In this document: positions 33,020-41,500 of the stretch, piece after piece
Layout: each line of letters begins with the position of its first letter
Numbering within the stretch: position 1 is the first letter of the stretch
From: Acidimicrobiia bacterium
GTDB taxonomy: Bacteria; Actinomycetota; Acidimicrobiia; Acidimicrobiales; Aldehydirespiratoraceae
NCBI GenBank assembly: GCA_022828135.1
Contig: JAJEJB010000003.1
Location: 514 to 64,513, forward strand
Direction: 5' to 3'
DNA length: 64,000 nt
Notes under the pieces: model-generated
The model's input: only the letters and a program-made list of their open reading frames with translations
Told to the model about the DNA's origin: nothing
Database searches by the model: none
Program-made: the position numbers and the translations under genes

Positions 33020-33091
33020 GCCACCAGTTCCTCTCGAACGCGACCATCACATCAAGTGCTGCCACGTCACAGGTTCCTCTCGAACGCGACC
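33000..33091. repeat. 46-bp tandem duplication spanning the cytochrome c stop and the downstream gene start
   Basis: The units at 33000-33045 and 33046-33091 share identical ends (atcacatcaag ... gttcctctcgaacgcgacc). Their diverged 16-nt centres carry, respectively, the ATG of the 31988-33019 gene and the TGA of the cytochrome c gene. Confidence 0.85.
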
Positions 33092-34326
33092 ACGGCGTCG
33101 ATCTGGTCCTGGGTGAGCGTGGCCGGGTAGACCACATCCAGGCCGTCGTCGGTGCGCGGACCGAAGCCCGGCATCTGGCCGTTGCCGCCCGAGCCGCCCC
33201 GGCCGTAGGTCTGGCCGATGCTCTGACCGGCCGAGATGAAGTCGGAGTGCAGGGCCGCGGTCTCGAACTGGTCCAGGGTGCTGCCGCCGGTCAGGTTGGG
33301 GCCGAAGAAGCCGCCGCCGTTGTTGTACGCCGCAAGGATCGGGCCGGCGTGGCCGTCGATGCTGTCGTCACCGTCGGTGGTTGCGTCGAAGGACCAGCCG
33401 TAGGTGTGGCAGCGGGCGCAGCTGTAGGTGCCTCCCGCGGCCCGGTTGTTGAAGATGATCTCGCCGTAGCTCCGGTACAGCTCGCTGCCGGGCGCCTGGC
33501 CCGACGCCAGCAGCTCAAGGCCGGCGTGGCGGATGGCCTCAGCGTTGCCCTCCAGAGACGGGTCGGCGGCCAGAGCCATGGCCCGGGCCTCCTCCACCGC
33601 GGCATCCACCGCTCCGAGCCACTCGTCCACCGCACCGTCGTCGGCGGCCACGCCCAGATGCTCGGCTATGCCCTCACGGATTCCGCCGTCCACGATCTCG
33701 CGCAGGTCCGACTCGGGGACCTGTATGCGCCGCAGGTAGTAGATCAGGTAGTCGACCTGCTGCGGGGTGAGAGGTCCGCCGCCGGGAGTGCCCCACGCCG
33801 GCATCACGTTGTTGCGGCCGTAGTTGAGTACATGGCGGACCTCGTCCTCGCTGAAGCGGGACAGCACGGTGTTCAGCGCCGGGGCGGTCCAGGCCACCGT
33901 GGCCACGAAGTTGCCCTCCGCGTCTGTGAGCGTGTACGGCGCGGAGCCGCCGGTGCCGTCGGCGCCGTGGCACCGCTGGCAGTCGGAGCCCTCGACGTAG
34001 AGCTCGCCGCCCCGGTCCGCGAAGATCCGGTCGGTGTCCTTGATGAGGCCCTCGTGTCGTCCGGGCTCGCCCAGCCAGTAGAGCGGCAGGCCCACCCCGA
34101 TGATGGCCAGCATGGCCAGCCCGGCCAGCAGGGACTTGTCGAGCTTGCTGCCCTCCAACTCCTCGTCCTCGAGGTAGGGCCTTCGGTTGGGAGCCAGCTC
34201 GATCTCGCTGCCCACCTCGTCGCGGGCCGAGCGCGAGTTGAGGATCAGGTAGACGACATACCCGACGAAGACGATGCCGAGTATGACGAACCCTATGGTT
34301 CGCTGGGTGGAGGCGGCGAGGAGCAT
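33067..34326 (-). CDS. Membrane-anchored dihaem c-type cytochrome
   Basis: 419-aa product with two N-terminal TM segments and two CxxCH motifs (CQRCH, CARCH). It lies directly downstream of the Rieske gene. Confidence 0.85.
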   Translation of the reverse strand: MLLAASTQRTIGFVILGIVFVGYVVYLILNSRSARDEVGSEIELAPNRRPYLEDEELEGSKLDKSLLAGLAMLAIIGVGLPLYWLGEPGRHEGLIKDTDRIFADRGGELYVEGSDCQRCHGADGTGGSAPYTLTDAEGNFVATVAWTAPALNTVLSRFSEDEVRHVLNYGRNNVMPAWGTPGGGPLTPQQVDYLIYYLRRIQVPESDLREIVDGGIREGIAEHLGVAADDGAVDEWLGAVDAAVEEARAMALAADPSLEGNAEAIRHAGLELLASGQAPGSELYRSYGEIIFNNRAAGGTYSCARCHTYGWSFDATTDGDDSIDGHAGPILAAYNNGGGFFGPNLTGGSTLDQFETAALHSDFISAGQSIGQTYGRGGSGGNGQMPGFGPRTDDGLDVVYPATLTQDQIDAVVAFERNL

Positions 34327-34361
34327 GCGCGCGGCGGCTTCCTACAGGTCGGTGCGAGCCA

Positions 34362-35231
34362 CTAGTGACTCGCCTGGCCGAGGCAACTCGGCCCCTCGGC
34401 TTCCTGGCCGGTGGTGTTGGTGCCGATCGGCGGGCCCTGGATGATCGTGCCGGTGTCGACGGTGAGCGATCCGTCGGCGCTGACTTCCACGGCGAAGCGG
34501 TCCATGCCCCTGGGTGCCGGCCCGGCCCGCTTCTCGCCCACCTGGTTGTACTTCGAGCCGTGGCACGGGCACTCGAACCACTGCGAGGTCACGCACTCAG
34601 GCACCCGGCAGCCCAGATGGGGGCACTTCTGGTACAGCGCCACGATGCCGCCGTCGAGCCCCAACTGGTGGCCCGCGGTCATCCCGGCCAGTTCGGGCCC
34701 CGAGTAGGCCGTGGCGGCCTTCTCCACCGCGCCGTTGGGGTACTCGGTGAGCCACATGCGGCCCTCCGGCTTGTACAGGAACCCGGAGTTGTCGCGGATC
34801 TCGGCCAGCAGATCGCTCACCAGGCCCACCTTGATCTTGGAGCCGAAGCCGCTGCTGCCCTGAGGCCACAGGAAGGCGATGCACGCCACGCCGAACCCCG
34901 AGAGGCTCAGGCTCATCAGCATCACGATCGTCCGGTTGAAGAACTGGCGGCGGCTCACTCCGATCGTCTCGGGATCGGGCGGGACATAGGGAACGGGCGG
35001 CCCGGAGCCTTCCGTCGGCGCCAGCGCGCTGGAGCGAGCCGCAGCCGCGGCCTTCTCCACCTCCCGACCTGTAGGCGGCGCCTCGGCCCGCAGCACCACC
35101 GATGACCGGTCCCGGCTGCGGGTCTCGCGCGACAGCATGCCGATGGCGGCGTCCGACTGGCGCCGGCGAACCGCGGCGAGCACAGCCACGATGGCCAGCA
35201 CGGCCAGCACAGCCACAGCCACATAGATCAT
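34362..35231 (-). CDS. qcrA: Rieske [2Fe-2S] iron-sulfur subunit of a quinol:cytochrome c oxidoreductase
   Basis: It carries the Rieske boxes CPHLGC and CPCHGS. A Tat-like SRRQFFN precedes a TM segment, and there is an extra N-terminal TM. Confidence 0.9.
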   Translation of the reverse strand: MIYVAVAVLAVLAIVAVLAAVRRRQSDAAIGMLSRETRSRDRSSVVLRAEAPPTGREVEKAAAAARSSALAPTEGSGPPVPYVPPDPETIGVSRRQFFNRTIVMLMSLSLSGFGVACIAFLWPQGSSGFGSKIKVGLVSDLLAEIRDNSGFLYKPEGRMWLTEYPNGAVEKAATAYSGPELAGMTAGHQLGLDGGIVALYQKCPHLGCRVPECVTSQWFECPCHGSKYNQVGEKRAGPAPRGMDRFAVEVSADGSLTVDTGTIIQGPPIGTNTTGQEAEGPSCLGQASH

Positions 35232-35247
35232 CGGTTGCCTCCCACCG

Positions 35248-36045
35248 TCATAGCTCGAAGAACAGTCCCGCTTGCCAGGGGAATACGAAGTTGAACCCCG
35301 GACCCCTGAAGAAGGAGCCGATGATCACCAGCACCGCCCAGAACATGAGGTGGATGGTCATGAGGCTGATGGCGAACTTGCGGTCCTCAGGCTTCTTGGA
35401 CGGGTTCCTGTCGATGTAGGGCGCCAGCATCAGCGCCAGCAGCCCGACACCGGGAATGGTGACGCCCGCCACCATCGGATGGAACATCGTCAGCAGCTCC
35501 TGCAGGCCGAGGAAGTACCAGGGTGCCTTGGAAGGGTTGGGTGTCTGGTTGTAGTTGGCCAGCTCCAGCAGCGGGGCGTTCACGAAGATCGAGAAGATCA
35601 GCGTGAACGCGGTGATGAACAGCGAAGCCACGAACTCCACCACCAGCAGGTGCGGCCACACGTGCACCTTGTCCTGTGGCTTGGACTTCACGTCCTGGAT
35701 CGAGCCCGACTTGACCACCGTCAGCAGGCGCTGGGTGTGCCCGCCGGGGCCGGTGGCACCCGTCGCCGGCGCGGTCGGTGGGGCGGCTACGGCCACTCCC
35801 CCGCCGCCGGCTGCCGCGGCCGGAGCCTGGGCCTCCGGGGCGCCGCCGGACGCCTCAGCCCTCGCCGCCTTGGACCGCTCCAGCAGGTGCGGCGGAATCT
35901 TGCTTGCCGCCTGTTGCTCGGCCTCGGCAGCGCCGTCGCCTGAGCCTGCGGCTGCGGGCCCGCCTGCCGCGGCGGCCTTGGCCGCCTCGGCCTTGGCCCG
36001 GGCCTCCTCGGCCCGCTTGCGCAGATGCTCGGGGATCTCCACCAT
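35248..36045 (-). CDS. Cytochrome b C-terminal half / b6f subunit IV-like protein with Ala/Gly-rich N-terminal extension
   Basis: The C-terminal roughly 150 aa align by eye to PetD/QcrB-C (PSKAPWYFLGLQELL is equivalent to the PEWYF motif; 3 TM). The N-terminal roughly 110 aa are low complexity with a duplicated IP-x-HL-x-x-R-x-x-x-AR-A motif. Confidence 0.85.
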   Translation of the reverse strand: MVEIPEHLRKRAEEARAKAEAAKAAAAGGPAAAGSGDGAAEAEQQAASKIPPHLLERSKAARAEASGGAPEAQAPAAAAGGGGVAVAAPPTAPATGATGPGGHTQRLLTVVKSGSIQDVKSKPQDKVHVWPHLLVVEFVASLFITAFTLIFSIFVNAPLLELANYNQTPNPSKAPWYFLGLQELLTMFHPMVAGVTIPGVGLLALMLAPYIDRNPSKKPEDRKFAISLMTIHLMFWAVLVIIGSFFRGPGFNFVFPWQAGLFFEL

Positions 36046-36063
36046 CGCCGCCTACCTCTACTC

Positions 36064-36858
36064 CTACAGCGGACCCGAGATGCCGCCGTCCTTGCGGACG
36101 CGCCAGAAGTGGACGGCCAGGAAGATCACGAGCACGAACGGCAGCATCAGCACGTGCAGCACGTACCAGCGCAACAGCGTGTCCGTTCCGATCTCCACTC
36201 CGCCGAGCAGCACGAACCGCACCTGGTCGCCGAACACGGGCGTGTAGCCCATCATGTTGGTGCCCACGGTCACCGCCCACAGCGCCAGCTGGTCCCACGG
36301 CAGCAAGTACCCGGTGAACGACAGCAGCAGCGTCAATTTCAGCAGGATCACGCCGATGACCCAGTTGAACTCCCGGGGCGGCTTGTAGGCCCCGTGGTAG
36401 AAGACCCGGGCCATGTGCAGGAACACGGTGATCACCATGAGGTGGGCGCCCCACCGGTGCATGTTGCGGACCAGCAGGCCGAAGGTCACCGAGGTCTGCA
36501 GGATGTAGATGTCGTCCCAGGCCTGGGCCGCGGTGGGACGGTAGAAGAACATCAGGAAGATGCCGGTGACGGTCTCGAGGATGAACAGGAAGAAGCTCAG
36601 ACCGCCCAGGCACAGGGTGTAGCTCACCTTCACGGCGTGACGCTTCACCTTCACGGGGTGAAGGTGGTACAGCACGCTGTTCATGACCACGTACGACCGG
36701 TTCCGGGGGCTGTCTGTGTAGCCCTTGCGGAAGATCGACCCGGGCCGGAAGATCGAGGTCCAGGCCTGCGATCCCTGGACCTGGTCGCCCAGCTTCGTCA
36801 TCTGGGCGACGAGGCGGTCCGGCAGAGGCGTCTTGCGCTCGTCTGTGTCGATGGCCAT
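36064..36858 (-). CDS. qcrB: Cytochrome b6-type subunit (N-terminal four-helix half of cytochrome b)
   Basis: The start was trimmed to the ATG at 36856-36858 (MAIDTDERK...). The helix-B His pair NMH-x13-H and the helix-D pair H-x14-H show b6-type spacing. The Cys in TLCLGG corresponds to the b6 FYC(I/L)GG heme-ci ligand. The C-terminus [10 protein letters not shown] closely mirrors plastid/cyanobacterial b6 (RKQGISGPL). Confidence 0.9.
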   Translation of the reverse strand: MAIDTDERKTPLPDRLVAQMTKLGDQVQGSQAWTSIFRPGSIFRKGYTDSPRNRSYVVMNSVLYHLHPVKVKRHAVKVSYTLCLGGLSFFLFILETVTGIFLMFFYRPTAAQAWDDIYILQTSVTFGLLVRNMHRWGAHLMVITVFLHMARVFYHGAYKPPREFNWVIGVILLKLTLLLSFTGYLLPWDQLALWAVTVGTNMMGYTPVFGDQVRFVLLGGVEIGTDTLLRWYVLHVLMLPFVLVIFLAVHFWRVRKDGGISGPL

Positions 36859-36896
36859 GGGTCTCCTGCGGATCGAGTCTGGGGGTCGAGATTTTC

Positions 36897-37313
36897 CTAA
36901 GCGAGTCGCATCCCGTAGCCGTAGCCATGGGAGTTGGTTCTCTGGTGAGGGTCGCCCCCGGGGGGAGGATCGCCCATCTTGCCGAGAATGATGACGCCGG
37001 TCGGGCAGCGATCCACGCAAAGCGCGCAGCGCGTGCATACGTCATCGTCGATTGTGAAGATCACCTTGTCGGCGGGGTCTATGCCCGGCAGCTCGGTGCC
37101 GACGGCCTCGTCGACGGCGTCGGTCGTGACCATGAAGATGCACTTCCACGGGCAGATGTCCACGCAGCCCTCGCACATGATGCACTCTGACTGGTCGATG
37201 TGGATGAACTGCTTGGGCTTGACAGCCTGAGCGAGCCAGGCCGCGTCCACCTCCTGGAGCACGTAGTCGTCCCGGAACTCCGGCATGGGCGGGTTGGCGT
37301 CGGTAGTGGTCAC
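36897..37313 (-). CDS. 2x[4Fe-4S] ferredoxin-domain protein
   Basis: The GTG at 37311-37313 overlaps the upstream gene's TGA (GTGA). The 138-aa product carries [12 protein letters not shown] and [12 protein letters not shown]. Confidence 0.85.
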   Translation of the reverse strand: MTTTDANPPMPEFRDDYVLQEVDAAWLAQAVKPKQFIHIDQSECIMCEGCVDICPWKCIFMVTTDAVDEAVGTELPGIDPADKVIFTIDDDVCTRCALCVDRCPTGVIILGKMGDPPPGGDPHQRTNSHGYGYGMRLA

Positions 37314-37822
37314 GCCTCGGATCCCTCCCGAACCAGGGGGCGCCCGAAGCTGGAGAGCTCGACGGCCTCGGCGGCCTCGGCCTTCTTGCCCCGGTTCTGC
37401 CACACCATCCACAGCCACACCTGCGCGCCGACCGCGACGACGTAGATCCCGCTGGCGATGACATCGCGGATCACCACATAGGTGATCGTGAACGGGAAGC
37501 TGCCGCCCTGCGCCTGGGCCCGCAGGATCCCTCCCGGGCCGACGAAGAGCTTGTCGGTTCGCCAGTTGAGCTCGTTGTCCGCCCACGCGAGCCACTGGTG
37601 GGGCACGACCCCGTATATCCAGAACATCCCGAAGAAGACGATCATCGCCCCGAACATGGCCTCGCCCCACGTGACCGAGGTCCCCACGGGGCGGCGCTTC
37701 GTGTAGGCGAGGATGGCGCCGACGAGTGCGACCGTGACCACGATTGACAGAGCGAAGGCGACCACCGGTACTCCTCGGCGACGACTACTGACGGCTGGCA
37801 GTGTAGTCCGAGCAGGGCGCAC
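37310..37822 (-). CDS. Hypothetical membrane protein (3 TM), first gene of the bc-type cluster
   Basis: 170-aa ORF with a GTG start. TM segments include VVAFALSIVVTVALVGAILAY, AMFGAMIVFFGMFWIYGVV and IASGIYVVAVGAQVWLWMVW. It is translationally coupled to the ferredoxin gene. No family was recognised, and the exact start is uncertain. Confidence 0.6.
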   Translation of the reverse strand: MRPARTTLPAVSSRRRGVPVVAFALSIVVTVALVGAILAYTKRRPVGTSVTWGEAMFGAMIVFFGMFWIYGVVPHQWLAWADNELNWRTDKLFVGPGGILRAQAQGGSFPFTITYVVIRDVIASGIYVVAVGAQVWLWMVWQNRGKKAEAAEAVELSSFGRPLVREGSEA

Positions 37823-37982
37823 CCTCTCCGGACCGGCGTAGGTCTATCAGCGCAGGACGTTCGATCCGAACACCGGGAGGCGTGATGTCGGCGTGGACGC
37901 CTGCTCGGGAATGGTTCCGGCGGAGAGAGGACCGTCCCCAACTTCCCCGAGTGGAGGCCATCTCTCCGCCGGAACAGCCTTT

Positions 37983-38011
37983 ACAGTAGCTGAAAATTAA
38001 CAATATCTCAA
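37983..38011 (-). promoter_or_regulatory. Candidate housekeeping-sigma promoter for the bc-type/nuo gene array
   Basis: On the minus strand it reads TTGAGA (38011-38006), a 17-nt spacer, then TACTGT (37988-37983). It lies in the only AT-rich patch of the 211-nt gap upstream of 37822. This is based on pattern match only. Confidence 0.3.
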
Positions 38012-38033
38012 CCCGTGTGCAGGAGCGCGCGTC

Positions 38034-38525
38034 TCAGCCTCGGAACTTCGAGGCATAGCCGATGCGCATGGCGGGGCGGAAGATCAACTCGGTGGCCGCG
38101 TACATCGATCCGAGAATGCCGTCCAGCACTCCGGCGGTCAGCTGCGAAACCGGTGTGGAGCCCGACAAGAACACCGCGTCCTCGGGTCCGATCTCGAGCT
38201 TCAGGCCAGTCAGGCGCCGGTTCCGGCGCAGCAGGTGCTCGTAGAAACGGGCCTCGTTCTCCTCCGGCGCCGGGACCAGGTAGGTCTCGTAGTGCAGAGT
38301 GCGCTGGCCGAGGGTGAACCAGATCGTCCACACGTCCTTCTCCTCGCCGCAGACTCGCACGTACCACCGCCGCTGGTCCGGTTCGCCCCGCTCGACCGCG
38401 GCTATGGCGCCGTTGGCGGAGGCTGCCGCCGTCAACCACTGATCGATGCGGCCCTCCAGCGCGTTGAGTTCCCGGGGCGAAGCGAGCGGCGCGGTCATCT
38501 GAGCGACAGGGTAATGGCGCAGCAC
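38034..38525 (-). CDS. YbjN-like (type III secretion chaperone-like fold) protein
   Basis: 163-aa product. RRWYVRVCGEEKDVWTIWFTLGQRTLHYETYLVPAPEENEARFYEHLLRRNRRLTGLKLEIGPEDAVFL fits the YbjN family pattern from memory. Confidence 0.6.
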   Translation of the reverse strand: MLRHYPVAQMTAPLASPRELNALEGRIDQWLTAAASANGAIAAVERGEPDQRRWYVRVCGEEKDVWTIWFTLGQRTLHYETYLVPAPEENEARFYEHLLRRNRRLTGLKLEIGPEDAVFLSGSTPVSQLTAGVLDGILGSMYAATELIFRPAMRIGYASKFRG

Positions 38526-38582
38526 GACCCCGGGCCGCGGGCCGCATTGACCGTCACTTGAGGGCGGCGATAGCTTCGCGGC

Positions 38583-41500
38583 GTGTCATCCGCGGCGCGG
38601 CCAGCCGCGATCTCGTCATCGGGATCGACAGAGCGCTCGACACTCTCGAGTTCGCGGCCGTTTCCGCGGCTCTTCGCTGTGGCGCTGTCGGTTATTCTGG
38701 TCGCCGGGCTGCTTGAGGTTGGGTGGGCAGGCGCCGCCGCCGGAACTTCGAGCCAGTCAAGCACCTCGACTCTGGGTCCGTGCGATACGGGCTGGGTTGC
38801 GCCAACTCCAACAGCCGTGGCGGTCACCAGCGTGCCGATCAAGGTCGCTTCGACCAGCGACGACTATTTCGTGCTGTATGTGAATCGCACGCTCCGCGGC
38901 GGCACCTCCACCGACATTGCGGTCTCGGTAACGCTGGGCCAGCCGGGCACGACCACCTTGTCGGACAATCTGGCCGCGTTGGACGCCGGCGACTACCGGG
39001 TCGAAAAATATCAGGTTGCCTCGCCCGCCGACATCGACGGAGACTGCATCGACGACATAACCGAACTCAACGACCTCGGGAACCTCAACCCGATAAACCC
39101 GGCGTCCACCATGTCCGTCGACCGCGGGCGTACAGCCATCGACTCCCACACGACGTTCCAGCAAATGTCCTATCAGGGGAAAGCGGTTCTCATCGACACA
39201 CATCTGAGGAATCTGGAGTATGTGAAGTTCTGGCTATTGCGTCCGCCTGGCGGCGAGCCTGAGATCTACTTCATGAACACGAACACGCACCGGTCGCACA
39301 TCAATTTTGCAATCGCCCTGCCGTTGCCACATGCGAAGCGGGCTGGGGCCATGCGCGGTGAGATCGTGTTCCACCCCAATGTGGTGGCGCCTGACGGTTC
39401 TTTGGGCACTTACCGCTTTGCGTTCCAGCCGCTGGATCGGTTCACGTTCGAAGATGTGGCCTATTCGTATGAGCTTCTGGCTGCGGCCATGCCGGCGCTC
39501 GCGAACAACCTCATGTACTATCCGATGCCCTCCAACGTCGATCTCTACGAGAAGGAGAAGGCCAAGTACGACGCTTCGAGGGTGAATGTTCTGTTGCAGA
39601 ATGATGTGATGCCCGACGTTGAGTACACGATGCTCAACGAGGCTGAGGGCTATGGCCTGTTGCGCGAGATCGAACCGGGTGAGACTCCCGGACCTCGGGA
39701 TGTCGCCATTCTTGCCCGGCTGCCCAATGACCTGCCGCGGGTAGCGGGCATCATCACGACCGTTCCGCAGACGCCGCTGTCACATGTGAACCTGCGAGCG
39801 ATACAGAACAGAGTGCCCAACGCCTTCATCCGCGACGCTCTCGATGACGATGACATCGGTGATCTGATCGACACTCACGTCTATTACAAGACGGCCGCGA
39901 GCGGCTATACCCTGCGTGCTGCGACCAAGGCCGAGGTTGACGCCCATCACGCCACCTCAAGGCCTGCGAATGCGCAGGTCCCCGGGCGAGACCTGACGGT
40001 GCAGGCGGTCACCTCGCTCGACGACATTGATTTCGACGACTGGAACGCCTTCGGCGTGAAGGCGGCGAACGTGGCGGAATTGAGCGGGCTCACCACGCTG
40101 GCCAGCGGGGTGGCGCCCGATGGCTTCGCCATCCCGTTCTACTTCTACGACGAGTTCATGAAGCAGGCGACAGTCTCCGAGGAGACGCTTCTGGGCAAGA
40201 AGAAGTGGCCCGATGATGAGAAGATCACGCTGGCGGCCGGGACCACGCTCGCCGACGCGGTGACGCAGATGCTGGCCCACACGAAGTTCCAGGCGGACTA
40301 TGACATCCAGGAGGAGATGCTCGACGACTTGCGCGACGCCATAGAGGACGCGACCACGCCGCAGTTCATCATCGACGCTCTGGTTGCCATGCACGCCAAG
40401 TACCCCGACGGCCAGTCGCTGCGCTACCGCTCCAGCACCAACAACGAGGATCTGCCCAACTTCAACGGTGCCGGCCTCTACGACTCCAAGACGCAAGACC
40501 CCGACGAGACCCTGAACGACGGCATCGACAAGTCGATCAAAGGGGTATGGGCCAGCCTGTGGAACTTCAGAGCATTCCTCGAGCGTGAGTACCACCGTGT
40601 CGACCACACGGCGACGGCGATGGGCGTGTTGGTGCATCCCAACTATTCCGACGAGCTGGCCAACGGCGTGGCCGTCAGCTTCGATCCCATCACGGAACTC
40701 GACGACATGTACTACGTCAACACCCAACTCGGAGAGGATCTGGTCACCAATCCCGAGGCGAACTCGGTGCCCGAGCAGCTGCTGCTGGACTCGGCTGGCA
40801 CGGCCAACGTGCTGGCTCGCTCCAACCTCGCCGAGGCCGACAAGCTGTTGATGACCGACGCGCAGATGGTTCAGCTGCGCCGCAGCCTCAAGATCATCCA
40901 CGACCACTTCGCGACGCTCTATGGGATCGCCGACGGCGACGACTTCGCCATGGAGATCGAGTTCAAGATCACCGCGGCCAACAAGCTCGCCATCAAGCAG
41001 GCCCGTCCCTGGGTCTTCGCGCCCCCGCTGTCGCTGACGCCCTCGGTCACCCTCGCGTTCGGGGCCGCCGAGGTTGCCGAAGGGTCGCCGCTGTCGCTGA
41101 CGGTGGCCCGCATCGGTGGCATCCTGGCGGATCCGCTCACCGTCGATCTTTCGTGGAGCGAGTCCGGCGCCATGCTGGCGGGCACACCGCCGACATCGTT
41201 GACCATCTCGGCCAACACCACATCCGCCACCGTGACCGTGGCCACGACCGACGACAACACCCCCGAACCCGACAGCGTCGTCACCGTCACCATCGGCCCG
41301 AGCAGCGACTACGAAGCAGCTGGCACCGGAACCGCGTCCGCCACTGCGACCGACGACGACCGCTCCACCGTCAAGATCAAGCCACCGCAGACCGCGCTCA
41401 GCGAGGGCGACAGTGTCGTGTTCGCTCTGACCCGAACCGGCGGCGACATGACGAAGGTGCTGGTCGTGGACGTTGCCGTCAGCGAGACCGGCGCCATGCT

